64,000 bases of DNA. Origin: an uncultured bacterium (GTDB lineage Bacteria > Desulfobacterota_D > UBA1144 > Nemesobacterales > UBA2774). The stretch spans positions 736,001-800,000 of the forward strand of contig CAVPJU010000010.1 of assembly GCA_963705505.1 (NCBI GenBank), in the 5' to 3' direction. Position 1 is the stretch's first letter, and each line of letters starts with the position of its first letter. Positions 30,208 through 39,765 of this stretch are shown here, piece by piece. The position numbers and the translations under genes are program-made. Below the pieces are notes generated by a model. That model saw nothing but the letters and a program-made list of their open reading frames with translations, did not search any database and had not been told where the DNA came from.

Positions 30208-30239
30208 GGGGATTCTAACTTGTATTGCAAGAGCCGGTT

Positions 30240-31796
30240 ATGAGCACTAATCTAAGCCAGACCACGTCACAGAGGCAGGTACTTCAGCAACGCCTCATTC
30301 TGACTCAGGAGCTTCAGCTTTTCTTGAAGCTCATCCAGATGACGACTCTTGAGCTTAAGGACTACCTGGAAGAGCAGCTGATCGAAAACCCGACACTCGA
30401 AGAGTCCGACGAACCCGCGGAGAAAAATGAAAACGGGCCCGCAGAAGAAGGGATCGACTTTAGCATGACCGGGGACAGCCGGCTGTTCGGAAACGAAAAC
30501 AGCGATATGCCCCATTACTCCTCAAGACAGTACATAGACGACGGCGAGGAGGAATCGGCCTGGGAGAACAGGATCAGCTCCCCGGATTCGCTTATAGAAC
30601 ACCTTCAATGGCAGCTCGAGGTGTCCGATTTTACAGCCGAAGAGAAACAAATAGGGTCTATCATCATTGGAAACACGAACGAGGACGGATACCTGGAAAC
30701 AGGTATCGAGGAAATCGCCGGCCTCTATCTTCACGGCGCGGATAACCGCGAAGAAGAAACGGAGGACGGTATTCCGGAATCGGGAAGCACTGAAAACGAC
30801 GCCGGTCCCGGAAAAACTTACGAGGAGCTCGTTTCCACGATCAACGATGTATTATACAGGATTCAGACTACGTTTGACCCAACGGGAACCTGCTCGAGGA
30901 ACCTGAAAGAGTGCCTCAAGATCCAGGCCCTCGACCTCGGATATAACGAAGACACCATAGAATACAAAATCATTGAAAACCATTTGGAGGACTTCGACAG
31001 CAAAGATTTCTTCGAGATCGCCGACAGTCTCGGCTGCTCGGCCGAGGAAGTCAAGGAAGCGTTTCTGGTGATATCGACTCTGGAGCCGAAGCCGGGCAGG
31101 CCCTACTACGAAAAAGACCCGGAAAAATATATAACCCCCGATTTTTATGTATATAAAGTGGGGAACGAGCTTCAGGTCCAGCTCAACCGGGATTTCCCGA
31201 AGGTGAGGATCAGCAACTACTACAGGAGCCTGCTTAAAAAGGAAAAAAGCCTGCCGCCCGACGCAAGACAGTTCCTCAAAGAAAAGATCGAAGCCGCTCA
31301 GAGGATAATGAAGTGTATGGACGAGCGCGAAGCCGCGGTTAAGAAGATAATAACCAAAATCGTTGAAGTGCAGAGGGACTATTTCGAGCACGGCAAAGAT
31401 TATATAAAGCCCCTCATTCTAAAAGACGTCGCCCAGTCGGTAGGCGTTCATGAATCCACGGTGAGCCGCATAACGAGCCGGAGATACATCCAGACGCCCC
31501 AGGGGACAATAGAGCTGAAATCGCTGTTCTCGAGGAAAATAGAGACTTCGCACGGAAAGGAAGTATCGTTCGAAAGGGTAAAATCGATGATAAGGGAAAT
31601 AGTCGCGGAGGAGATGCCGGAGAGCCCTTATTCGGATGAGGATATTTCCAAGATACTCGAGAGAAGAAATGTAATAGTCGCGAGAAGAACTGTTGCAAAA
31701 TACAGAAAAACCCTTAAAATACCATCTTCTTCCGCAAGAGCGGCACAAAAAGGGAAAAAAAGAAATGAAAGTAACAGTAACGGCGAGACATATTAG
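30240..31796 (+). CDS. rpoN: RNA polymerase sigma-54 factor
   Basis: Q/L-rich region I, HESTVSR and RpoN box ARRTVAKYR. Confidence 0.97.
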   Translation: MSTNLSQTTSQRQVLQQRLILTQELQLFLKLIQMTTLELKDYLEEQLIENPTLEESDEPAEKNENGPAEEGIDFSMTGDSRLFGNENSDMPHYSSRQYIDDGEEESAWENRISSPDSLIEHLQWQLEVSDFTAEEKQIGSIIIGNTNEDGYLETGIEEIAGLYLHGADNREEETEDGIPESGSTENDAGPGKTYEELVSTINDVLYRIQTTFDPTGTCSRNLKECLKIQALDLGYNEDTIEYKIIENHLEDFDSKDFFEIADSLGCSAEEVKEAFLVISTLEPKPGRPYYEKDPEKYITPDFYVYKVGNELQVQLNRDFPKVRISNYYRSLLKKEKSLPPDARQFLKEKIEAAQRIMKCMDEREAAVKKIITKIVEVQRDYFEHGKDYIKPLILKDVAQSVGVHESTVSRITSRRYIQTPQGTIELKSLFSRKIETSHGKEVSFERVKSMIREIVAEEMPESPYSDEDISKILERRNVIVARRTVAKYRKTLKIPSSSARAAQKGKKRNESNSNGETY

Positions 31797-32319
31797 CAAT
31801 AATCAAGACCCCGAAAAACTGAAATCCTACGCACTAAAAAAATCAACAAGGATAGAGAGGTATCTGAAGCCGGACGTAGATGCATGTGACGTGAAATTCG
31901 TCCTGTCGTCCGAGAAGTTCAGGGACACCGCGGAGATATCGATCAGCAGCAGGAATTTGAAAGCCACGAGCTCGTTCGAGACAACGGATATGTACACAGC
32001 CATCGACAGCGCCATAGACATAATCATTAACCAGCTGAAGAAGGAAACGGACAAGAAAATCAAGTCTAAAAGAAGAAACGGGGCAAAAAATAAAGAAGGA
32101 ACCGCCCAGACGCGTTTTACCGCCTCGGAGACCGGTTTCGGAAGTTTTACAAATATCAGGATCAAGAAACTCCCGCCAAAGCCCATGACGGTTGAAGAAG
32201 CGTCGTTACAGCTCCAGGTATCGGATGCGAATTTCGTAACGTTCCGGAACAGCGCAAACGATAACATGAACGTGCTGTATATAGACAACAGAGGACAGAT
32301 CACCTTAATTGAACCCTAG
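31765..32319 (+). CDS. hpf: ribosome hibernation promoting factor (long form)
   Basis: MKVTVTARH, DMYTAID and KPMTVEEA C-terminal domain; follows rpoN. Confidence 0.9.
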   Translation: MKVTVTARHISNNQDPEKLKSYALKKSTRIERYLKPDVDACDVKFVLSSEKFRDTAEISISSRNLKATSSFETTDMYTAIDSAIDIIINQLKKETDKKIKSKRRNGAKNKEGTAQTRFTASETGFGSFTNIRIKKLPPKPMTVEEASLQLQVSDANFVTFRNSANDNMNVLYIDNRGQITLIEP

Positions 32320-32336
32320 AGTTGATAAGCGGCGCA

Positions 32337-32798
32337 ATGAAAATCTCCGATGTCCTGGAACGAAAAGCGATTATCCCCGACCTCGAGTCCAGATCCAAAC
32401 CCGACGTGATCAGGGAGCTCGCGGAAAAATTATCCTCCGTATACCCGAATATAAATGACGAAAAACTGATCGAAGTCCTGCTTGAGCGGGAGAAGCTCTG
32501 CAGCACGGCGGTCGATTCCGGTGTCGCGATACCTCACGCAAAGCTGAGCGGGATCTCCGACATCGTCGCCGGATTCGGGAGAAGCATCGAGGGTATCGAC
32601 TTCGACTCTCTCGACTCCAAGCCGACTCACCTGTTTATCATCCTCGTCGCGCCTGAGAACTCGATCGGGTCCCATATACAGCTCCTCGCCAGGATTTCCA
32701 AGATATTCAAAAACCCGGAGCTGCGCTCGAAGTTAATGACACTCGAATCTCAGGAGGAGATTTACGATTCCATAATCACGGAAGATGCGAAACTTTGA
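32337..32798 (+). CDS. ptsN: PTS IIA nitrogen-regulatory-type protein
   Basis: LEREKLCST, GVAIPH and DFDSLD motifs; rpoN operon context. Confidence 0.88.
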   Translation: MKISDVLERKAIIPDLESRSKPDVIRELAEKLSSVYPNINDEKLIEVLLEREKLCSTAVDSGVAIPHAKLSGISDIVAGFGRSIEGIDFDSLDSKPTHLFIILVAPENSIGSHIQLLARISKIFKNPELRSKLMTLESQEEIYDSIITEDAKL

Positions 32799-33708
32799 AA
32801 ACGTGAACGCCCTGCTGGTAGAAGAGCTTTACAAATCGTGGGGCAAAGAGCTCGAGATAGAGCTAATAGCGGGCAGGAAGGGGCTTTCACGGGAAATACA
32901 TTCCGACAGGATACAGAAACCCGGCCTTAAGCTGCTGGACCCGGACCTGAAACTGGAAGAGGGGACGATTCAAATCCTCGGTAAAACCGAAATAGCCTAT
33001 TTCGAGCGGCTGAGGGAATTGGAAAAAGAGAAAGTAACCAAAATCCTGTCTTCTCAGGATGTCCCCTGCTTCATAATCTCGAAAGAGCTCAATCCAGACC
33101 AGGTGCTCAAGGCATCCTGCAACCAGAGGGATATACCGCTCTTTACGACGAGACTCTATACGGGGAAACTTATCTCTCTGCTCCAGGAAATTTTAGAAGT
33201 GAGGCTCGCCCCTTTTGCCACGGCTCACGGGGTATTGATGGACATACACAGACTCGGGGTCCTGATACTCGGAAAAAGCGGAATCGGCAAAAGCGAGTGC
33301 GCTCTTGACTTAATAAACAGAGGTTCTAAACTGATTTCGGATGACATTGTCGAGATAAGGAAAGTCGGAGCATCGAAGCTGGTCGGAAACGGGCCCGAAC
33401 GGATCAAGCACCTCATGGAGGTCAGAGGTGTGGGTATAATTAATATAAAGGACCTGTTCGGGACTACATCGGTTATGGATAAAAGAGAAATCGACATGGT
33501 TATAGAGCTCGTTCACTGGAACTCGGACACGGAGTATGACAGACTCGGACTGGAAACAAGTAATTATAATATTCTCGGCGTTCAACTCCCCCATTTGGTT
33601 ATCCCCGTCAGTCCCGGCAGAAATATGGCTACCATTATAGAAGTAGCGGCGCGAAATCAATTACTGAAAATGAGCGGAGTCCATTCCGCTCATAATTTCG
33701 ATATTTGA
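32785..33708 (+). CDS. hprK: HPr kinase/phosphorylase
   Basis: GKSGIGKSECAL, SDD, MEVRGVGII and PGRN motifs. Confidence 0.96.
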   Translation: MRNFENVNALLVEELYKSWGKELEIELIAGRKGLSREIHSDRIQKPGLKLLDPDLKLEEGTIQILGKTEIAYFERLRELEKEKVTKILSSQDVPCFIISKELNPDQVLKASCNQRDIPLFTTRLYTGKLISLLQEILEVRLAPFATAHGVLMDIHRLGVLILGKSGIGKSECALDLINRGSKLISDDIVEIRKVGASKLVGNGPERIKHLMEVRGVGIINIKDLFGTTSVMDKREIDMVIELVHWNSDTEYDRLGLETSNYNILGVQLPHLVIPVSPGRNMATIIEVAARNQLLKMSGVHSAHNFDI

Positions 33709-33741
33709 TTTAATAATCTCAGCCGCCAAATAAGGACTTAA

Positions 33742-34593
33742 ATGACTAATCTGGTTATTATCAGCGGCGTCTCAGGCTCGGGCAAAAGCACGGCTATGAA
33801 CGTACTTGAGGACCTCGGTTATTACTGCGTCGATAACCTCCCGATGACGCTGCTGCCGAAATTCATCGAACTATGCGATAATTCCCAGGGGGACATAAAT
33901 AAAGTGGCCCTTGCGGTGGATATAAGGGAAGGTGTGTTCTTCGAGGGGGCTCCGGAGATAATTAAAGAGCTTAAGGAAAAAGGCCACCCTATCGACGTAA
34001 TCTTCCTCGATTCGTCGGACACCACGCTGGTCAGGAGATACAAGGAAACCCGGAGAAAACACCCGCTCTCGGTAGACGGGAATATCCTCGAGGGAATCTC
34101 GAGGGAGAGGGAAATGCTGAGAGAACTGAAGGAGCTCTCGAGCTATAACTTAGATACCACCGATTTCAACGTGCATCAGCTTAAAGAGCTGATTAAAAAG
34201 AAATTCGACAAATCGCTTTCCCAGAATTTACTCATCAACATACTGTCCTTCGGATACAAGCACGGATACCCTTATGACGCCGACATGATCTTCGATGTGA
34301 GGTTCCTTCCGAACCCCTTCTTTATCGAGGAACTCAAGGATTTAAACGGTCTCGACGCCGAGATCGTGGAATTCATAATCGGCAAAGAAGATACTAAAGA
34401 GTATATAAAAAAACTCACGGAATTCCTCGAATTCCTCATACCGAGGTACGAAAAAGAAGGGAAAACATACCTCACGATAGCCATAGGGTGCACCGGAGGA
34501 AAGCACAGGTCGGTCGTGATTGCCAAGAAGCTGTCGGAACACTTCAGCCACCTGTCCCCCGTTACCATACACAGGGATATATCAAAGAGCTAA
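33742..34593 (+). CDS. rapZ: RNase adapter RapZ / YvcJ P-loop protein
   Basis: SGVSGSGKS, CVDNLP, DVRFLPNP and GCTGGKHRSV motifs. Confidence 0.96.
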   Translation: MTNLVIISGVSGSGKSTAMNVLEDLGYYCVDNLPMTLLPKFIELCDNSQGDINKVALAVDIREGVFFEGAPEIIKELKEKGHPIDVIFLDSSDTTLVRRYKETRRKHPLSVDGNILEGISREREMLRELKELSSYNLDTTDFNVHQLKELIKKKFDKSLSQNLLINILSFGYKHGYPYDADMIFDVRFLPNPFFIEELKDLNGLDAEIVEFIIGKEDTKEYIKKLTEFLEFLIPRYEKEGKTYLTIAIGCTGGKHRSVVIAKKLSEHFSHLSPVTIHRDISKS

Positions 34594-34606
34594 GGAGATT
34601 ATCGGA

Positions 34607-35026
34607 ATGGTCGGTATCGTCGTAGTGACCCATGGAGAACTGGCAAAAGAGCTTATTTCAGCCGTCAATTTCGTGCTTTCATCAAATCCCTCGGTGAAAA
34701 TGGAAGGGGTGTGTCTTCACCCGGACAGGGAATTCGAAACCTTCAAGCAGGAAATAAAAAGCGCTATCAAAAAAGTTAAAGGGAAAGACGGCATCCTGCT
34801 CGTAACGGACATGTTCGGCGGTACTCCGTCTAATATCAGCCTTACATTTCTGGAAGAAAACAACGTGGAGGTAATTTCGGGGGTCAACCTGCCTATGCTG
34901 CTTAAGCTCGCCACGCTTTCGGATAAGGTAAAGCTGGCCGAGGCCGTTAAAATAGCCGAGGCCGCCGGCAGGGACAACATAATCGTCGCAAGCAAGCTCC
35001 TCCACAACAGGAACACCGATAAGTGA
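34607..35026 (+). CDS. PTS mannose/fructose-type EIIA component
   Basis: IVVVTHG, TDMFGGTPSN and GVNLPML motifs; AAGGAG RBS. Confidence 0.92.
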   Translation: MVGIVVVTHGELAKELISAVNFVLSSNPSVKMEGVCLHPDREFETFKQEIKSAIKKVKGKDGILLVTDMFGGTPSNISLTFLEENNVEVISGVNLPMLLKLATLSDKVKLAEAVKIAEAAGRDNIIVASKLLHNRNTDK

Positions 35027-35133
35027 GACTTATTCTTTAAGTCCGGCCGTTATTTATTTGAAAAATCACGCTCCTGAATACTATCATGCCCAAAGTACTT
35101 GAAGCGCGGCCCGATAATAGTTAGGTTATTACT

Positions 35134-35457
35134 ATGAAGAAGGAAGAGATAGAGAAAGTCATCCAGGCGTGGAAGAACCACCTCCTCGTAGATCAGCTGG
35201 AGGGTTATCAACTGGAAATTGCGGAGGACGTGCCTCTGGAGTTTGCGGCGATAGCTCTCTATCTCGATTCCAAAACCGTAAGAGCGGCGGGGGAGGTGGA
35301 AGAGTTCTATGAAGGTTACAGACAGGCCGCGGTCGATGTGCTTAACCTTATAGGGGTAGAGATTGCGCAGGACGACCAATTGAGGGTTATTTCGCTCTTC
35401 AGGAAAGTATCCGGAGACAGCAAGCAGGAAGAACTGATAAAGCATATCTGGGGTTGA
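35134..35457 (+). CDS. hypothetical protein
   Basis: 107-aa ORF with host-like codon use, preceded by TTGAAG-N17-TAGGTT-N6-ATG. Confidence 0.7.
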   Translation: MKKEEIEKVIQAWKNHLLVDQLEGYQLEIAEDVPLEFAAIALYLDSKTVRAAGEVEEFYEGYRQAAVDVLNLIGVEIAQDDQLRVISLFRKVSGDSKQEELIKHIWG

Positions 35458-35519
35458 TACGCGCTGCGGGTTAAAATGCCTCGGAAAAACCCTCACGATA
35501 CTCCATCCAAAAAACCCGA

Positions 35520-36359
35520 ATGAGACTAGCCGACCTATTTGACTGTTTCCTCATCGACCTCGACGGAGTGGTGTACGTGGGGGACAGCCCGACCGAGGGC
35601 TCGGTGGAAACGATAAGCCTTTTAAAGAAAAGCGGGAAAATAGTAATTTTTTTAACGAACGACCCCAGAAAGACCGCAGCCGAATATTCCGAGAAACTCA
35701 GAGGAATGGGGATACCGGTAAGTCCGGGAGACGTCGTTACGTCAGGGATGGCAATCGCGTACCATATCAAGAGTTCTTACGAGGACATAAGCGGCAAGAA
35801 AGCGTACGTCGTCGGAAGCAAATCCTTAAAGAAAGAAATCGAGCTTACGGGGCTCGGTATAGTTGACGGCGAGGAAGCCGTAAACGCAGACTTCGTCATA
35901 GTGGGGGGACATCCCGATTTCCATTATGAGGAAATGAAGCTGGCAACGCTCGCTATCCGGAACGGGGCTGAATTTTTTGCCACTAACCGCGACCCCGCCT
36001 ACCCGTCTCCCGAGGGGCTGATACCGGCGACAGGAGCGATCGTCGCATCCATAGAGACCGCTTGCGGCAAGAAAGCGGTCGTCGCGGGGAAGCCCGAGAT
36101 CATAATGTTCGAAGTGGCGCTTGCCGAGCATCTCCACAGGGACAGAGACAGATTCGCAATCATAGGCGACCGCCTGGATACCGACGTCTCCGGCGGCAGG
36201 AAATCCGGCATATCGACGATACTCGCCCTCTCGGGCTCGACCTCAGAGGAAGATATACGAAATTCAGAAATTAAACCCGACTATGTAATAAAAGACCTCA
36301 GGGATCTTTTGAAAGATACTCCCCGGGTCTTGAACCAGGATGCCCAGAGTCAAAATTAA
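35520..36359 (+). CDS. HAD-IIA family hydrolase (NagD-like)
   Basis: DLDGVVY, LTN, GKP and IGDRLDTDV motifs. Confidence 0.92.
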   Translation: MRLADLFDCFLIDLDGVVYVGDSPTEGSVETISLLKKSGKIVIFLTNDPRKTAAEYSEKLRGMGIPVSPGDVVTSGMAIAYHIKSSYEDISGKKAYVVGSKSLKKEIELTGLGIVDGEEAVNADFVIVGGHPDFHYEEMKLATLAIRNGAEFFATNRDPAYPSPEGLIPATGAIVASIETACGKKAVVAGKPEIIMFEVALAEHLHRDRDRFAIIGDRLDTDVSGGRKSGISTILALSGSTSEEDIRNSEIKPDYVIKDLRDLLKDTPRVLNQDAQSQN

Positions 36360-37140
36360 CTCGATAGAGTTACATTACGAAATTTCAGGCTACGGACCTC
36401 CCGTCGTGTTCATAAACGGCTTGACAATGGATGTGAACGGCTGGTTATTGCAGGTCGAGCCTTTCAGCAGAAAATACAGGACACTGAGATACGATTGCAG
36501 GGGGCAGGGAGCCTCCGATAAACCCGACGCCGAATATTCCCAGGAACTGCATGCCGAGGACCTGAAGCACCTTCTCGAAAAGCTGGAAATACCGAGAGCG
36601 CATTTGATCGGTCTCTCGAACGGCGGCATGATCGCCCAGCACTTCGCCCTCCTCTGCCCGGAAAAGACGGGAGCGCTCGTATTGGTCGATACGTGTTCAT
36701 ACGTGGACACGATGCTGGAGCTGATAATTATGTCATGGATAAGATCCGCTGAGACCGGCGGGAGCGGACTCAGGTACGACGTGGCCCTGCCCTATCTCTT
36801 TTCGGAATCGTTCACGAAAAAGAACCTCGACAAAATCATGGCGCTGAAGAGTTCGAATTCGGGGATTAACCCCGCGAAGGCGATCATAAACCTGTCTAAA
36901 GCCAGTATAAGGCACGACCTCCGTGACCGTGTTGCGGAAATAAAGGCCCCTACCCTGATTATATCCGGGGATGAGGACATACTCATACCGCCTAAGTATT
37001 CGAGGATACTGAGAGAGAAAATAAAGAACTCGACCCTAGTCACGCTCAAGGGCTGCGGCCATGTCCCTCCGATCGAAAAACCCGAAGAGTTCAACAGCAT
37101 AGTCATGAGTTTTCTAAAGGACTACGACAGCCTCCTTTGA
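36340..37140 (+). CDS. alpha/beta hydrolase (PcaD-like fold)
   Basis: YDCRGQG, GLSNGG nucleophile elbow, GDED and GH motifs. Confidence 0.88.
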   Translation: MPRVKINSIELHYEISGYGPPVVFINGLTMDVNGWLLQVEPFSRKYRTLRYDCRGQGASDKPDAEYSQELHAEDLKHLLEKLEIPRAHLIGLSNGGMIAQHFALLCPEKTGALVLVDTCSYVDTMLELIIMSWIRSAETGGSGLRYDVALPYLFSESFTKKNLDKIMALKSSNSGINPAKAIINLSKASIRHDLRDRVAEIKAPTLIISGDEDILIPPKYSRILREKIKNSTLVTLKGCGHVPPIEKPEEFNSIVMSFLKDYDSLL

Positions 37141-37360
37141 GTCGACAAGGTAAAGACGGCCCGGGCCTCAGACGCCGCCCTCGAACGAAAGAACACTCTT
37201 CACGTACACGGGTTTGCCGACAGACATTATTTAGCGGGGGTCACGCGCCGGTCGGGTATATTATCAATATACTTTTTGGAGACCCTTCAATCGTTACAAG
37301 CTTGAGAAAACGAAGGCTTATCGCGAACAAGAAAATGCGCTCGGCAAGAAGCTTCACTAA

Positions 37361-38302
37361 ATGAACATTAAAAAAGGATTGAGTTCGCTTACTTTCTCGA
37401 ACAATAAGGCCATCTTCTGGATGATACTGGGAGGATTCGATTTCGCGACTATGGGGGCCCTCATCCACGCTCTCGGGGACAAGTGCGACTGGCTGATCCT
37501 GGCTTTCCTCAGGATGCTCATGTCCTTCGTTATTTCACTCATCCTCACGCGGCGCGCGGGCCTTAAGCCTTTCTTGTTCAACAGGCCGCTTTTGTGGCTG
37601 AGGAGCCTTGTTGGCTGCTCGGCTATGATAGCCACGTTCTACGCCCTCACCAGGCTCCCCATCTCCGACGTCGCCGTCATCACCGAATCGAGACCCATAT
37701 GGGTCGCCCTTTTAGCGGGTTTCCTGCTCGGGGAGACGACCGGCAGGAGGATATGGGTATCGATAATATTAGGCATGGCGGGCGTGATATTGGTCGAGCA
37801 GGCGCACCTCATGGACCGGAATATCGCGGGGCTCACGGCGCTTTTCGCCGCCTTCGCGGGCGCCGTGGTTATGATTTTGCTCCGCAAGCTGAGGGATATC
37901 GACCCCAGGATCATCGTTACACACTTCTCGGGGACTGCTGCTGCGATATGTCTTATTTTGATTATCGCCCTCGGTAAAGATTTCGACTTTTCTTTTATGG
38001 AGAAATCGACGAACCTACTCATGCTGGCCGGCGTCGGGGTGTTCGGGACTATCGGTCAGCTCGCCATGACAAAGGCCTTTTCGATCGGCGAAGCTCCGAG
38101 CGTCGCTTCGGCCGGATTCATCCGAGTCGGGTTCTCGGCGGCGTACGATCTATTCATCTGGCAGCATGTCTTTCAAATTACTACACTCCTCGGCGTGGCC
38201 TTAATCCTAGGCTCGACCGGGGGGCTTTTGAAAGCCCCGCAAAGCTCAGATGAAAAGGAAGAGCCCATTGAAGCAAAGGCTCAAAAGATAGAGCCGGGGT
38301 AG
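37361..38302 (+). CDS. DMT/EamA family transporter
   Basis: About ten hydrophobic segments, two EamA repeats, FLLGE motif. Confidence 0.87.
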   Translation: MNIKKGLSSLTFSNNKAIFWMILGGFDFATMGALIHALGDKCDWLILAFLRMLMSFVISLILTRRAGLKPFLFNRPLLWLRSLVGCSAMIATFYALTRLPISDVAVITESRPIWVALLAGFLLGETTGRRIWVSIILGMAGVILVEQAHLMDRNIAGLTALFAAFAGAVVMILLRKLRDIDPRIIVTHFSGTAAAICLILIIALGKDFDFSFMEKSTNLLMLAGVGVFGTIGQLAMTKAFSIGEAPSVASAGFIRVGFSAAYDLFIWQHVFQITTLLGVALILGSTGGLLKAPQSSDEKEEPIEAKAQKIEPG

Positions 38303-38317
38303 GACAATTCCACACAC

Positions 38318-39313
38318 TCAGTCAAGAGACTTCCACACGAAATTCCCCTTCCTGTCTATGTAGGCCCACCTGCCGTTTCCAAGCTCCACTATCGCGAGCC
38401 CCTGAGAGAAGCTTACCGCCGTCTGGAACTGCGGTTTTATCACGACCTCGCCCCTTTTATTGACGAACCCCCATTTGCCGCCCGACCTCACGGTCGCGAG
38501 CCCTTCTGAGAAATCGCCCACTTCGTCGTATTCCGGCTGGACAATAATCAGTCCGCTCTTGTTTATAAAACCCTGCCTGCCATTTCTCGTTATTGCCGCC
38601 GCGCCTTCATTGAAATGCCTCGCTCCTTCAAAATCCGTTTTGAGCGCTACCTTTCCGTACTCGTCCAGGTATACGAATTTACCGTCTTGAGCGACGCAGG
38701 CGAGTCCGTCCGAATACCCCTCCGCCCACTCGTACTTCGGCTTAATAAACACATCCCCGTTCTTATTTATATAACCCCCCTCACCGTCAACCACTATCAG
38801 AGCGTGGCCGTCCGAGAAACTGAATGCCTTATCGTAGCGGGGCTCGATGACCATCTTGCCATCTTTATTTATATATCCCCACCTTCCGTTGACCTTCACG
38901 CTTGCGAGCCCTTCCGAAAAGGGCTCCGATTTTTCGAATCGGGGCTCGGCGACTATTTTCCCGACCTTGTCTATATAACCGTAACGGCCGTCGATCTTGA
39001 CCTGGGCCCGTCCTTCCGAAAATTTCTGCGCCTCTTCGAACTGAGGGGTTATGACCATGATATCGAACTCATTTATATAACCCCATTTCTCGCCGTCCTT
39101 CACAAGCGCCCTGTCCTCCGAAAAATCGACTGCTCCATCGTACTTATAAGGTATGACCATCTCCCCCTTCTTATCTATAAACCCCCACTTAGTATCATTC
39201 TCCACCGGGAAGAGGGGACCCTTCCCCGACTCTCCGTGGTATTGAGAGCCCGGCGAAGCGCATGACTGAATTATAAGAAGAAGCAGACAAAGTAAAGCGG
39301 CAAATCGTTTCAA
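38318..39313 (-). CDS. WG-repeat-containing lipoprotein
   Basis: About six repeats of FSEG.A.V....KWG(Y/F)I(D/N)K.G..VI.P.(F/Y); lipobox-like IQSC; probable TTG start after GGGAG. Confidence 0.88.
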   Translation of the reverse strand: MKRFAALLCLLLLIIQSCASPGSQYHGESGKGPLFPVENDTKWGFIDKKGEMVIPYKYDGAVDFSEDRALVKDGEKWGYINEFDIMVITPQFEEAQKFSEGRAQVKIDGRYGYIDKVGKIVAEPRFEKSEPFSEGLASVKVNGRWGYINKDGKMVIEPRYDKAFSFSDGHALIVVDGEGGYINKNGDVFIKPKYEWAEGYSDGLACVAQDGKFVYLDEYGKVALKTDFEGARHFNEGAAAITRNGRQGFINKSGLIIVQPEYDEVGDFSEGLATVRSGGKWGFVNKRGEVVIKPQFQTAVSFSQGLAIVELGNGRWAYIDRKGNFVWKSLD

Positions 39314-39647
39314 TCGAGTCTCCCTGTGTCTTTTAATACAAACGCGCTGACGGTCGCGGTCATCGAGCATACGAACAGGCCATAATGATAAACAAAATGA
39401 CAATTTTTTAAAGGAACACCGGTACGGACCGCCTATTATAAGGTCATACGGGAGCTTCGCAACGATTTATTGATCTCTTCTGTTCGTATTGTGTAGCCGC
39501 GCCTTCCAAATCAAGGGGCGGAATAATTTATAAATCTGCACAAATTTGGACCGGCAGGCAGTCAGAACCCAAAAAGCATAGATTACATCGAACTCGAAAG
39601 AACTTGCTTATTTACTGTGAATACAGAATAATCTGGTAATACGGGTT

Positions 39648-39663
39648 ATAGCGGTACCGCTAT
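39648..39663. promoter_or_regulatory. perfect 16-bp palindrome in divergent intergenic region
   Basis: ATAGCGGTACCGCTAT equals its own reverse complement. Confidence 0.45.
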
Positions 39664-39765
39664 TCGCCATTTTGATTGGACTACGCAAGATGGTAGTATT
39701 TTAGGCTGATTTCGAATTATTACTCATTTATACACAGGAAATAATCCGCACAAAGGGGAATACCG

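Noticed and set aside
38318..39313. Periodic DNA similarity suggesting a repeat array
   Set aside because: Fully explained by protein-level WG repeats
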